A DNA stretch of 64,000 bases from Chrysomallon squamiferum (taxonomy: Eukaryota > Animalia > Mollusca): the NCBI GenBank assembly GCA_012295275.1, contig CM022668.1, forward strand, positions 7,750,001-7,814,000, given 5' to 3'. Shown piece after piece: positions 15,819 through 30,525 of the stretch. Numbering within the stretch: position 1 is the stretch's first letter; each line of letters starts with the position of its first letter. Under the pieces are notes generated by a model that had not been told where the DNA came from, made no database searches, and worked only from the letters and a program-made list of their open reading frames with translations. Both the position numbers and the translations under genes were made by a program.

Positions 15819-17091
15819 CAAACCAATTAAAAGGCGGCGGTGGATCTGGAAATACAGAACGTTAACCAATGACTGGAACATGACGATTGTTTATTTTCTT
15901 TACTTATTATAAACCATTTCATATTAAGAAAAAAGAAAGAAAAGAAAGAAAAGAAGGAAAGACAAATATGTTGATGGAACAATGAAGAATCACTATTCTG
16001 TTCAGTTTTCTCTGACGTGAACACATTTATTTTTCATCTTCCACGAAGAAAGACCAAATTAAATATTTCTACCTGTAACAATAAAATTAATAATCGTTTC
16101 AACTGAAGAAAAAAGAAGAGAAAAGCAAAGAAAAGAGAAAAAAAAGAGATTAATTATAAAAGAGAAAAAAGAGAGATTAATTATAAAAGAGAAAATACAT
16201 TTTAATTTTTCAAAAACATTAGTTTTACGGCAGCCAAATGAAATAAAGTTAAAAGGGAGATAAAAGATTTTTATTTGAGTAAATGTCAGGAACTGACTTG
16301 AACTCCACCTAGCAGACAGTTTAACACTGTCTGGCAATTTTTAGTTCTTTTCTTTTTCTCAATTCGTTTTTCTTTCTTTCTTTTTTAAAACTCTTTTGTG
16401 TTATTATTGTTGCTGTTGTTGTTATTATTATTATTATTATTATTATATCTTATTTGTAGCGATTGTTATTTTTTTTAAACAAATGTTTTATATTAACATT
16501 AAAAGTCTGTTATACGATTCTTCTCATTAGCAGGGGAACACACACCACAGATACACCAAACACGGAGCACTGTCTGGATCGGTAAATAGTTCTATGGGCA
16601 AATTGAGGGGGATTGATCTTGAAACGTTTCGTGTATGCTCTAACCACATGGCTACCCCAAGCTCATAGTCATATCTGTTTCTTGTTGTAATATTAATAAC
16701 AACATTGTATGTAAGAATGCGAACTGGTAACGATTCAAAATTGTTTGCATTTAGATCCTATTCATAAATTTGACTACAAATATGTAACAAATTGGCAAAC
16801 GTCAGACATTTGTGTTTGGATCATTTTATTAAATTTGGCTGCAGATATTTTACCGTAAACTGGCAAAGGGCCAAATACAGTTTATCACATTTAATATTTA
16901 TTCTTGGACTGTATAAATGAGCGAAGTTTGTGTTTAGACGCCATAAACATTCAACTGTTTAGCGAAGGTCAAATATAGGTTGAGTTTAGATGATACAGAT
17001 ATTTAATAAATAAGAAGTTCGAGTTTAGAAAGTTTTATCAAATTAAGCTCTTGATACAGAGTCAGTATAATTAGCGACTGTCAAATATAGC

Positions 17092-17480
17092 GTGAGTTCA
17101 GATGATATATGTTGAGTTGATGTTAGGTTGAGTTCAGATGATGTTTGTGTGAGTTCAGATGATGTTAGTGTGAGTTCAGATGATGTTAGTGTGAGTACAG
17201 ATGATGTTTGTGTGAGTTCAGATGATGTTAGTGTGAGTTCAGATGATGTTAGTGTGAGTTCAGATGATGTTTGTGTGAGTACAGATGATGTTAGTGTGAG
17301 TACAGATGATGTTAGTGTGAGTACAGATGATGTTAGTGTGAGTACAGATGATGTTAGTGTGAGTTCAGATGATGTTAGTGTGAGTTCAGATGATGTTAGT
17401 GTGAGTACAGATGATGTTAGTGTGAGTACAGATGATGTTAGTGTGAGTACAGATGATGTTAGTGTGAGTACAGATGATAT
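17092..17480. repeat. 21-bp minisatellite GTGTGAGT(T/A)CAGATGATGTT(A/T), ~18 copies
   Basis: Tandem array; period 21 produces the SSDDVSV repeat ORF. Confidence 0.95.
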
Positions 17481-18531
17481 ATGTGTTTGGCAAATTGGCA
17501 TGGTTCAGACATAGCTTGAGTTTAGACCATTTTATCAAATTTGGCTCCTGATGTTTAAAGTAGACCTACAAGTTGTTGAAACACTTTTGATTTTTTAGAT
17601 ACAAACCAATATAAAGCATATTCATTCCATGTCTGACTTTTGATTTTAGACCATATAAAGTTCATTCCATGTCAAATCACACCCCTCCAGAAAAAATAGT
17701 AATATTTGACCTGACGGTCTTGGAGTGGTCACACCCATTTTTTGAGAAAAAATCAAAATTTGAAGACGCAGATCTCCAAAACTATTGCTCCCACTGAACT
17801 AATATTTGAGATACATACTATTCACGATGAGGTTAAACCCATGTAATGACCCATATGTTAGCGAAGGTAAAAAAAGCATAGCTTGAGTTTAGATGATACA
17901 AGTATTCACATCATTGGCAAAGTTCAGACATAATTTGAGTTTAGATTATTTTATCGATACTCTACGGATATACAACAAATCGGCAAGGAAAAAATTACTT
18001 AGATGTAGTTAATATACTCGAATTAAAACATTATCATTGGCGAATTTCACTATCGTACATAAAGTCGAATTCAGAATAATAAATCAGTATTGTATCTAGC
18101 CAAACAGGTGTGCTTGTAAATTTATTTATCTGAACCACAAATCAACACATCAGAAGGAATACTACTAAACTAAAATAGTTTAAAACATAAACATGATACA
18201 GAGAGAGACACACACAGAAACGTTTGCTGTGTAAAATATTACAAACTATCATGCAATCCCTTCTCGAGCGACTAGCTCACAAAGCGTTTAAATTATCGTA
18301 AACTTCACTGTGCAGTACACTCAAAGCAAAGCATCCGGAGAATTTTACGATGTAAAAATTAAAGTGTCACAAAAGATTTATACATCGTCTGCAACTTCCA
18401 CGTGCAGTGTATTCAGCAATGCATTCCAGCAGAGCGTTTCCTGGTACAGGCTTACGAACGTATGCACTCGTTTTAAGTACCAAGATAAAATAAATTAAAC
18501 CCTAATAATATAAATACCAGTTTTAAAGCTT

Positions 18532-18598
<67 letters not shown>

Positions 18599-19001
18599 GC
18601 TACTACTGCTACTACTGCTGCTGCTGTTGCTGCTGCTGCTACTACTACAAGTATAATAATAATGATGATAATTAATAATAGTATATATATATATATATAG
18701 CACGCACACACACACACATATACACACATATACATGCATACATCCATCAATAAATAAAAAAATATATATATATATGTATGTATGTATGTATGTATATATA
18801 TATTTATGTATGTGTATGTATATCTATATATATTAAATGTAATTATCAGATTTAGTACTTAATAAAAATATATAATGTAAAATAAAATAAATTAAGAAAC
18901 TAAATAAGTAAATAAATAAAATGGAATAAGATAAAATAACATAAAATAAAATATAATGAAACAGTAAATAAAAAAGGTTATTTATAAGTTAACAAGATAC
19001 A

Positions 19002-19118
<117 letters not shown>

Positions 19119-19814
19119 CAGATGAACTGGAAGAAAATTGTAAATAAAAGAGGAGTACAGGTTAAAAAAACCATGTATATAATCAAATATTAAAAAAAGA
19201 AACAGAAACAATAAAAAGAAAATAAAAGAAGGAAAATGAGAACTATTATATAAGAAGAATAATGATAAAATACTACAATAAATGCTGAGAAAGACAGTAA
19301 CAGTGTTCACCGAAGTGCAGTAAAGTCATTAGAGACATTTTTCATAAATCCACAGATTAAACAAAGCAGCATAATCACACATAAATACCAACTTCTTGAT
19401 TTAGATGAAAAATGTCATCACCATGGCAACAACAGCAACATTACACCTACATGCGCATCACCAGTTACCATCCTTAAGCCTTTTTGAGCTGCCAGATTTA
19501 ACATATAATTTGCGCTGACATTTTTCTTAATAAAGATTACGGACTGGTTCGAGTATTAATTAGAGAAATAAATCCACATTAGAGACTTCATTCTCTAACG
19601 TATTAGCTCACAGAAGGTCAAAACTGTATCATCGATAAGCAGCGACAGTCCAGTAACAGAAAGAAAATCGTGTTAAAAAGAGAATAATCTTTATCTGTTT
19701 GTCTTTCTACCTATGTGTTTACAGTTACCTTACAGCAACCTAATTTTCTCTGTGCGTCTGTCGTATATGTTGTCTGTCTTTTTCTCTCTGTGGATGTAGT
19801 TTAGGATTTTTAAC

Positions 19815-19980
19815 ATTCTCTGTGTTATGTACGTCTGAATAGACTCTGCACATAGACAATATTCGGAAACGCACTGGCGCAGGAGGACAAAGTCCAATCA
19901 CATCCTTACAAACCCGTCAGATGCCGCTGACGAGACTCGAACGTATGACTTGAAAACGGACGATTTTACCATTCGGCAAA
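19815..19980 (-). mobile_element. tRNA-derived SINE (copy 1, with Pol III head)
   Basis: Minus strand reads TGCCGAATGGTAA (A-box-like) then GTTCGAGTC (B box, 19942-19934). Body is shared with 56139-56257. Flanked by a 52-bp direct repeat. Confidence 0.75.
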
Positions 19981-21379
19981 CGATAGAACCTTATAGCAAT
20001 TTAATTTACTCTATGCGTCTGTCATATATGTTGTCTGTCTGTCAGTCTCTGTGTGTGTGTATGTATGTATGTATGTAGTATATATGTATATATATATATA
20101 TATGTATATATGTAATGTATGTAATATATGCATATATGTTTGGACGTATATATGTGTGTATGTATATACGTAAGTATGGAGGCATACACACACATATACA
20201 CACACACACATATATGTACGTATGTATATATGCATGCATTTATATGTACATGTTTTTGTATGTATGTATATAATGTGTGTGTGTAATGATTGTATGTATA
20301 TATGCTTGATTATATTTATGAATATATTTTTGTATGAAGACAAATGAATAGAAATGTGCATGCAAACAGAGGTGTATGCACTTAGATAAAATACGTACTT
20401 ATGTACCGAACTGTTTATATCTAAAACCTGATATACTCATACATTGCACCAGGGTACATTTTTCATAAATCGAAATATTCAGTGCACTGAAATCACATCA
20501 CCCATATACATGTTTTAAACGGTAATGACATGTCAATACTCAACAAATATGATTATTTCTAATTATAAGCGTGTTGTCAGCTTGTTTGCCAATTATAACT
20601 AGAATCAATGTTTCTTTTCAGAGTTTTATTGGTGAGCTCATAATATACCAGGAAGTCTTTGTGTTTTTAGACTTCTAAGCTAAATGTAAGAAAGGTTTGA
20701 GGTCTAATAACAAGTAAGATATGACACTGATGTACGTTGGTCATGGTATGGCTAAGATATCGTATTTCATGCAAGGTTTATTGGTGGTATACCGGCAGCC
20801 AAATTTATAAAATAAATGAATGAATAAATAAATAAATAAAAGAAAAATGTTTTTTGTTTTTTTAAATAAAAATCTGTAACTAGAGTGATTTAAAATTTAA
20901 AGCACTAACATAACATGTATTAAATGTTACGAACGTTTCATAAATCCTTCATTTCTAACCACTTTATATTTTCATTTTTCAAACAGCAATTAAATACTAT
21001 TAATATATGTTCGATTATCGCCATACTTTTAAAACAGCAGACCAACTATAAAAATATAAAAAAAATTATTCTGACGCTAAAAGCAAATCGACTGGTTGTA
21101 GACCGTTCTCTCTTAAAAAGCTACCGAGTCTAAGCATTGTTTTGTGTATTTGCCCGGTAGCCGTACTAACATTGTGAGCTGGGAAAATCAATAAAATAAA
21201 GCACGCTATAGTGGTATTAACGTGTTTAAGCGCCGTGTTACCTGTCTTTACTGTCAGGTTTTTCAGGTATTTGACTTAACAAGACAACGTTCTGAGCTGA
21301 CCAAGAAACCAGTCTTGTAACATATCTCGTTTGCAAGAATACGGAAGTCAATGGTGAAGAATAAAACACGCTACAAATT

Positions 21380-21488
<109 letters not shown>

Positions 21489-22346
21489 AACAAAATAACA
21501 ACAACTGAACAACTACAAAAAAAAAAAAAAAAAAAAATAAAAGACGATCTAAAAACGAACAAACACCACCACCACCAACAACAACAACAACAGCAGTAAT
21601 AACAATGAAAAGAGTTAGATGCACAGACAGACAGACAAGCAAACAGAGAGACGGCTAGGTCGCAAGACGGATTTATGGAGAGAGAGAAAGAAAGAGCGAG
21701 AGAAATACAGACAAAGAGAGAGACAGAGACAGACAGAGTGAAGGAAACGAAAAAAAAAATAATAATAATAAAAATAAATAAATAAATAAAAAAGCAATAA
21801 TATAAAAATAAAATGTAATAAAACCAAAATAAATAGCATACAACAGAGGTGTATCTAGGTGAAACAAATCTGTGTTTAGTGACGTGTATCCGTTCTAGGA
21901 AAAGTTCTTAACCCCCTCCCCCCCGCCCATCATCACAAACACGCAGACTTTTCTATTTCTAGAAAGATGAAACGTTGAAATCAAACGAAGCTTAATTTAA
22001 CATAGCTGTCACATAACGAGCAGTTTAATGTACGTTAAATGTCACAGGCTCGTTTAAACACTATTTATTTTCTGCAGTTTTGCGTCTGAGTAATGGCTGG
22101 TCAGGAAGCAGTAATTTAAATTTAAATTACTCAGATAAAAAATAAATGAAAACGGTATAAATTACCACATTAATGTTTGTTTTATTTTTGTCTACATTCT
22201 AAAAAATGAATAAAAAAACAAACAAAAAATAAATAAGTAAATAAAAGTAATATAATACAATGCAATACAATACAATACAATACAATATAATATAATTATA
22301 AACAAATAAATATAATAAATATAATAATAATAATAATAATAATATA

Positions 22347-22388
<42 letters not shown>

Positions 22389-22639
22389 CATCATCATCAT
22401 CATCATCATTATCATCATCATAGGTAAAACAATAATAATTAACAAGAAGAAACAGAACAAACTATAATGAAATTTAATGAATTTTTGTTTTCATCCATAA
22501 AATAAATCTCTAAGTCCATTATTATTTGTGAAATGCTTCTCCCTAAACCCGAGAAAAGGCAATAACTCTCTAATTAGCTCCTTATGTTAATGTCGTTCTC
22601 GTGTTCCACGAGAATTCTCGAGATAACGACTGCTTTAAT

Positions 22640-22845
22640 TAATTTACGTAATCGACAAGAACCAGTCAATTGCGTAATTATCGTTACCTCTCTTAATACT
22701 TTTATGGTAACCTTGACGTCACGTTCACTTCGTATTGATTGACGTAACAGTATCGACTGACGTCATACATCTAAGATGATTAAAAGGTATATAAACAAGG
22801 TCATACTATCTTTACGCTCCAGCATTCTTGGATTGCGTAATCTTT
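22640..22845 (+). promoter_or_regulatory. bZIP-site cluster (CRE and C/EBP-PAR type) followed by a TATA-like box
   Basis: TTACGTAA, TTGCGTAA, TGACGTCA (22714), TGACGTAA (22740), TGACGTCA (22758), TATATAAA (22788-22795), then TTGCGTAA again, all within ~200 bp. Confidence 0.55.
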
Positions 22846-23954
22846 CAGTAACAGAGCTTCTTAAAATAGGCTTTGTTTCATTAGTGTCAGCATTAGATTA
22901 TCGACAATCTATATAGTTTTATTAATATACATCCTTTTCTGTCGCATGTTGCAAAATGTCACATAATTTATGGTTTAGTAAGATCAAACACTGAAATGGG
23001 CCATGAAGAAAACAAAAATCTATAAACGAAGTTGTAAAATACTTTTTAATGTTTGCGTGAATTACCGCATTGAAATTTCCATTAGGGAAATCAAATGTTT
23101 TCGGATTTAAATGAAAAATCAAAATCAAAATCAAAATCAAATTAAATCAAATTAAAAAAAAAATTAAATTCGTTAGAAAATATTGATTAGAAATTATTAT
23201 CTAATTTATATTTTTTCTTTTCTTTTTTTCCCCCACCTGTTATGTTTATTATTGTATGTAGTTATAAACACATTAACGCCTTTTTCAAATCTAAAATAAA
23301 TATGAATTATTTATAATTTCACTAATTCATAGTGCATTTAGAAAAATATCTGAATTTATTTCAGTCATACACTATATCTGTATATCACTGCAAATTAAAA
23401 CGGTCTAAATGGATACATTTTTATTTCATTTATAAAACAAAGAATTATGATTTATTTATTTATTTGTATTAATTTATTCATTTTTTATTTATTTATTTTT
23501 CATTCATTCGTTCATTAAATCATTTATTTATTTACTTATTTGTTTATTTCAAGAACTAATTGATTAATGTTGTTTGTATTATATTATATTGTCGTTGTTG
23601 TTGTTATTGTTGTTGTTGCTGCTGCTGCTACTGTTGTTGCGTTGCCTTTGCAGGTGTCAACACTGTTAACATGTTATTGCCGTTTTATCTTGAAAAACTC
23701 TTTATCTGGGGCTATTTTTCCACTTTAGGTTGACAGACGTCGATATTATAATTGGAATGCCCAGAAGGAAAACATTACATCACAAAATGAAGGCTTACGT
23801 AGCATCAAAGCTGGCATGCAAACCGGACCACCGCTAAGGGCAAACAATTGCAAAAATGCTTCAGCAGTGTTTTGCTACACAAGAACACTAAATTACAATC
23901 TGACAAATTAGGTGTTGAGGGAATCCAAACTAATTGGCGAGATCTGAAAATCTT

Positions 23955-24602
23955 CCAGGGTCGTAGCCGCCATTAATTCCAGGGGAGGTAAATGCTTATA
24001 ACCAAAACTTTAGCTACCCGTGATAATGTTTCTGACGTGTGTACGAAGATGAACAGGGTGGTAACCAGCATTCATTCTAGGTGTGGTTATAACTAAAACA
24101 TTAGCGATATACGACACTTTTTCTACAATGTTTAGGCAACCCTTCAGGGATGTTCCTACAAAATATACTAGACATGGTTGTGTATACAATTAACACTTTT
24201 CTATTATAAGTAGAAGTAGAAAAATGTCGTAACATCATATATTCTACTGATGGAAGAGTTTATAATTAAAACCTTATATACGAACGACAAGGTCGTAGCC
24301 ACAGTGAATTCTAGATGTGATGATGTTTATAACTGAAACCTTGGCTATCTAATGTGTGTATGTCTAGTCACAGTGTATTCTAGATGTGATGATGTTTATA
24401 ACTGAAACCTTATCTATCTAATGTGTGTATGTCTAGGTCGTAGCCACAATACATTCTAAGAGTCGTAGTATTTATAACTGAAGTCTTTTCTATCCATGTT
24501 AACTTTTCACTTGTATGTATATTACGTGAGTCGCTGTGACCATAAATTCTACAGTTTAAAGCTTTTTCTACCAGTGACAATGTTTCTGCATGTATGTACG
24601 TA

Positions 24603-24661
<59 letters not shown>

Positions 24662-24705
24662 ACGATGTTCTGAAGAGTCACAGTGAACTTGTATTTTAAA
24701 CGTGG
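23955..24705. repeat. Old degenerate tandem repeat, core GGTCGTAGCCACAGTGAATTCTAGATGTGATGATGTTTATAACTGAAACCTT, ~7 copies
   Basis: Core recurs at ~23959, 24057, 24291, 24365, 24436, 24528 and 24676. Confidence 0.7.
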
Positions 24706-26076
24706 CAGTGTCTATCGTTACAACCTCTGACAATTAATGTGTATTCATTAAAATAATCATTTCTCATTTATGAATAATTTCACAGTGACAGTGTTTACAG
24801 ATTCACAGACTATCGTGTAAAAGTTTACACTTAAAAAGAAATAAATTCATAACACGATTCACGAACACACACCAGAGTGCTAATTCTACAGCTGAAATGT
24901 TTAGAGATAAAGTAATAACATTTGAACCTAGCTTTGAACTAAGTAGCACAACAATAAATAAATTTAATCTATAAAGAGCTATTGATATTTATTAACGCTG
25001 TAATATATATATATATATATAAACGACAAACTTCACGCTAGCTAATTAAAATGATTCACTGACCTTGAAAAAAGAACTAAAGAAATTGAATTGTTCTATG
25101 ATTTTTTTTTTTTTTTTTTTTTTCTCCTTGAAGGCGTTACGGAAACTGCGAGAAAAAAAGAAACTTAATTTATTAGATAGTACTGCGTTTAGCAGGTCAA
25201 AATAACTTTTTCAAGAGAACGAGAACATAGCCTAGTCGTATAGCGTCCGCTTAGGATCGATTCCTCATTGTGGTATTTCTCGTTCCAAACAGTGCTCCGT
25301 ATCTCATTTGAAAATACGAATATCTTGATGCTTATCGGAAAGAGTAACCCATTTAGAGATGGCTGCGGGTTTCTTTTCGGTACTATCTGATATAATCGTA
25401 AATTAAAAATGTGCCAAAGAATCATTAAATATTTCTTCTTTTTTTATTTTTTTTTTATTTGCATAAATTCTTCAAAGTACAGTTCTGCAAATATTCTGAG
25501 AAACTGACAGCAGGGTAAATAAATTAAATAATACAGTTATATATTTCTAAGTTTGTATAAACTGTAATATTCTACGCACGAAGCATGCTATTTGTATGCA
25601 CATAAAAATAATTATTTTTCCAAAATGTCTGTCGTGCTTTATCGAATACCCACTGAAAAGGAATACTACATTCGTTTTTGAAATATGGAAGGAAAAAACA
25701 TGAAAAAAAATTAAATAAATTAAAAAAAAAAAAAAAAAAAAATAAAAATAAACAAATGAAGATTTATTTTGTCCAGTAATAAAAAACATTGCAAATATTA
25801 GATTATAACTTTTTTTATTTTAGTATAATTGCAATGTAAACCTCTTATCTCAAATTAGAAACAGCCTAAAAAGGAAAAAGCACGAACAAAAAAATATTAG
25901 AAATTAATTAAGACCTATTAAAAAAGTAAATAAATAAATAAATATTTAAAATATATCAATAAAATTACAATTAACTACATCAAATACAACATAATAGTCA
26001 GATTTTAGACAAACAGGAACCGTTTTCAGAGAAAATGTAATTATTTTTTAAATGGAAAACAAAACAACCACCCACC

Positions 26077-26143
<67 letters not shown>

Positions 26144-26512
26144 TATGACGTTATGTAGTATAATAACCAAATCAATATTTCTACTTCTGCAACAGAGACT
26201 TTTTTCCTTTCTGGAAGTTTAATTTCTAATGATAACAATGACTTAGTCTTTTAAGGATTTTGTTCCACTGACTGAGGTAAAACAGCATGTGATTATTATT
26301 CGATATTTTTCAATATCAATATATGTAATTTTAATCATGTAGTTCTAAGATATACTGATATATATATATATATATATACATATAATATATACATTTATAC
26401 ACATTCACACGCACACACACACATATATGCATACATGCATACATACATAAATACATACATACACAGCCACATACATAATTTGTTGATTCAAAAAGTGCTA
26501 TAATCAAATACT

Positions 26513-26549
<37 letters not shown>

Positions 26550-26553
26550 CTAC

Positions 26554-26605
<52 letters not shown>

Positions 26606-27025
26606 TCACAATTAGTTTTGCTCATTTAAAGATTTGTTTCGGTGATATCGAGCACATTTTAAATTATCAGAATATTTCTTGTTAACCTCTTGGCTGAGCG
26701 ATGTGGTGTTGATAACACCAGTCTCAGTAACTTTGCTCTGTTTGTTCAGTGATCACTCAACCAGATACATATCGGTAACCAAGCAACAGAAATATTTTGA
26801 GTAAATGGTTATATATATATATAGCTATAAAAATTTATGTGAGAGAATTTCATTTCGTATACTAATTGTAACTGAGTTTGTTGGCTACTTCTAAATAATA
26901 ATGATGATGATGATAACGGTAATAATAAAGAAGAAGAAGAAGAAGAAGAAGAAGAAGAAGAAGAAGAAGAGAAGAATGATAATGACAATAATGATAGCAG
27001 TAGTAGTAATAGTAGTAGCAGAAGC

Positions 27026-27075
<50 letters not shown>

Positions 27076-29041
27076 CAGCAGCAGCAGCAGTAGTAGTAGC
27101 TTTGGTGAAATGACATACAATTTTGCAGATGATTCATTTTAGGGTTTCTTTTCTTTTTCGTTTTAATCAAAATTACCTTTAACGGCTTTGGTCAAACATT
27201 TATTTATCTAAACAGCAATCTCTCGCTGCCAACTTCTACAACTATTTTAAAACTTAAAGTAATAAACCTAGATTAACTGCACAGGATTTTCATCCTATTC
27301 CTTGACCATTCCTTCCAAGACCCTCTTAACAGAAACTGTTTTTTCAGAAATACTCTTTCAGCAAACTACTCTAAACTACAGACGTACCAAAAGCTTCATT
27401 CTTAAAATCATCTTTACTTCGTTTCGCCTTTCAGAGAATTTGATCTTTTCGCTACGATAAACATTTTAACACGAATTAACGAAACTTGTCGGTGTGCTTC
27501 GTGTGAATGTGGCTAATTATCTTAACATGTTTATACCAAAGAACTGTTTACGCATGCCTAATGTCATCGGAATTCTTTTTAAAATAAGACAATATTTCTA
27601 ACCCTACGTCATTTTCTCTAGAAAGTGGTTTTTCAAATATTATCGACATCCTTTTCTTCCAGAAATTGATTTTTAAAGGTGAATGAAATACTTTGTTTAA
27701 ATAAAACCTTTCTAACAGTTACAGCACGCTTTCCTGGGCACTTCGCCAGAGTCTTACATTTTTCAAGGCTCGACCACAATATTCCATTTCCATTTTTGCT
27801 TCGTAAAAGTGATCTAAAAAAAACTTATGCAAGAAACTTTGGACCAAGAAACTGTCACCTAATGATTGAACGTTTCTTAATTATTCTAGCACGCGTGTTA
27901 TGGGTCCACAACGTGACGTCAATACAGGACAAAAATATTTCCTTATGCAAGTAAGCCCCGCTCTTGAAATGATTATTGACTATTTATTTTCACATAAAAG
28001 CTTTTTCTTTTGCTAACAGTCTGCACGTTTTATACTGTTCAAGCACGGCTAACATGGAACCAGCATCTTCTGTCACTAAAATTCTGTTCAAATCAAAACC
28101 ACGATATTTACCACTCATAAATATTTTTTCTCTCTAAAAATTCATTGAAATGCTTATGCAATATTTATTTTGACCTAGAACCTTTTGCCTCGCTAAGTAG
28201 ACAAGCTGCACGATTTTTAATCTCCGCTTCATTTTCAGAATAAATAGGTATGAAAAAACCCTGTATAATTATCTTAAGTACAATGTGTATTCCGACGATT
28301 ACATTGATTCTGTGGTCGAAGTATGTCGATAAGACAGTTGACGTACGTTTACTGGGTAAACAGAAAATTATCATCTAGAAATATTACGAAATAGACTAGT
28401 GTATTGATTTCTATCCAGGTCTGGGTTTATATTCCTCCTAAAAGTCTTGTTTTTTTTTATTTATCCTGTTTTGAAAATTATTTTCTCGTTTCTTTCTTTC
28501 ATTCTTTTTTGTTGTTTGTTTGTTTGTTTCCTTCTTTAAAAAAAAATCTATTATTTCATTTTGTTTAATGTTTTGTTCTTTATTTTTATCAGTTTGTTTC
28601 GTTTATTTATTTGTATATTTAAATTTTTTTTTATTGTCTATTCATTTATTTATTACATTACATTACACTGCATTAAAGTGCCGTACAATACAGTAAAACA
28701 GAGTACAATACAGTACAACAGAGTACAATACAGTACAACAGTGTACAATACAGTACAACAGTACAATACAGTACAACAGTGGTTATCAAACTGTTTGAAA
28801 TCAGGGCACATTTGAAACCTTACAAAAAATTGCGGACACACTCCACACAAAATGCTAAGAAATATAATGCAAAATGTAAAAAAATACAGAAATAACTGAA
28901 AGAAGGATGTTGCGGCTGAATCGGTTGCGGAGCAGGCTGTGAGGTTGTCTATCCTCATTGTCTACATCTATGTTAGATTCTTCATCTTTTCACGTATAAA
29001 TGGTTCTCATCTGGAATCTGTACCATTTGTTTTTCTTATAT

Positions 29042-29265
29042 GAGAGATGTTCACTGATATATTTAGAATTACCGCCCTTGTTTGACAGATGTTCACTGAT
29101 ATATTTAGAATTACCGTCCTTGTGTGAGAGATGTTTACTGATATATTTAGAGTTACCGCCCTTTTGTGAGAGATGTTTACTGATATATTTAGAGTTACCG
29201 CCCTTTTGTGACAGATGTTCACTGATATAGAGTTACCGTCCTTGTGTGCGAGATTCACTGATATA
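29042..29265. repeat. 42-bp minisatellite, ~5 copies
   Basis: AGATGTTCACTGATATATTTAGAATTACCGCCCTTGTTTGAC units starting at 29045, 29087 and onward. Confidence 0.92.
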
Positions 29266-29384
29266 CTGACAAATGCAACACTATAATAGACTAAAATTCC
29301 ATAAAGTATTAAAGTTTTAGATGGGTAGTGACTGTGACAGTGATAGGAATACGTGTCACAAGACAACTTTGGCTGTTTATCACA

Positions 29385-30525
29385 CTTGCACACACTATCA
29401 CTCACACTGCCACGCTATCACTCACACTGTCACTGGTTAACTACTGTGCAGTCTGCACACCCTATCACTCACACTGTCACTGGTAAACTACTGTGCAGCC
29501 TGCACACCCTATCACTCATACTGTCACTGGTAAAACTGCACACCCTATCAACACTGTCACTGGTAACTGTGCAGTCTTTACCACACTGACACTGGTGGTA
29601 AGTGACTGTGCAGCCTGACACTGTGACTGTGCAGTCTGCACACCCTATCACTCACACTGACACTGGTAAACCACTGTGCAGTGCACACCCTATCACTCAC
29701 ACTGTCACTGGTAAAACTGCACAGCCTGCACACCCTATATCACACTGTCACTGGTAAACACTGTGCAGTCTGCACACCCTATCACTCACACTGTCACTGG
29801 TAAACTACTGTGCAGCCTGCACACCCTATCACTTACACTGTCACTGGTAAACTACTGTGCAGTCTGCACACCCTATCACTCACACTGTCACTGGTAAACT
29901 ACTGTGCAGCCTGCACACCCTATCACTCACACTGTCACTGGTAAACTACTGTGCAGCCTGCACACCCTATCACTCACACTGTCACTGGTAAACTACTGTG
30001 CAGCCTGCACACCCTATCACTCACACTGTCACTGGTAAACTACTGCACAGCCTGCACACCCTGCTTACACTGTCACTGGTAACACTGTGCAGCCTGCACA
30101 CCCTATTTTTGTCATAAACAATGTGCAGCCTGCACCTATATCCTAGAACTGTCACTGGTAAACTACTGTGCAGCCTGCACACCCTATCACTCACACTGTC
30201 ACTGGTAAACTACTGTGCAGCCTGCACACCCTATCACTTACACTGTCACTGGTAAACTACTGCACAGCCTGCACACCCTATCACTCACACTGTCATAAAC
30301 TACTGTGCAGCCTGCACACCCTATCACCACACTGTCACTGGTATGCAGCCTATACACTGTCACTGGTAAACTACTGCACAGCCTGCACACCCTATCACTT
30401 ACACTGTCACTGGTAAACTACTGTGCAGCCTGCACACCCTATCACTCACACTGTCACTGGTAAACTACTGTGCAGCCTGCACATCCTATCACTCACACTG
30501 TCACTGGTAAACTACTGTGCAGCCT
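29385..30525. repeat. 47-bp minisatellite, ~25 copies, with internal palindrome TGTGCAG-C-CTGCACA
   Basis: Unit CACACTGTCACTGGTAAACTACTGTGCAGCCTGCACACCCTATCACT; period measured from 29881 to 29928. Confidence 0.95.

Noticed and set aside
15044-15881. Longest ORFs in the track (241-260 aa) and the other SLSL/ERER/YVCM/IIII ORFs
   Set aside because: These are translations of microsatellites.
17043-17514. SSDDVSV / SSVLTLT repeat ORFs
   Set aside because: Open on both strands only because the 21-bp unit lacks stops; no splice or start support.
19930-19980. tRNA gene
   Set aside because: A/B boxes are present but there is no cloverleaf, and it is attached to a dispersed repeat body, so it is a SINE head.
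29385-30525. Palindrome-containing 47-bp repeats as a CRISPR array
   Set aside because: Units are head-to-tail with no unique spacers, there are no cas genes, and the context is eukaryotic.
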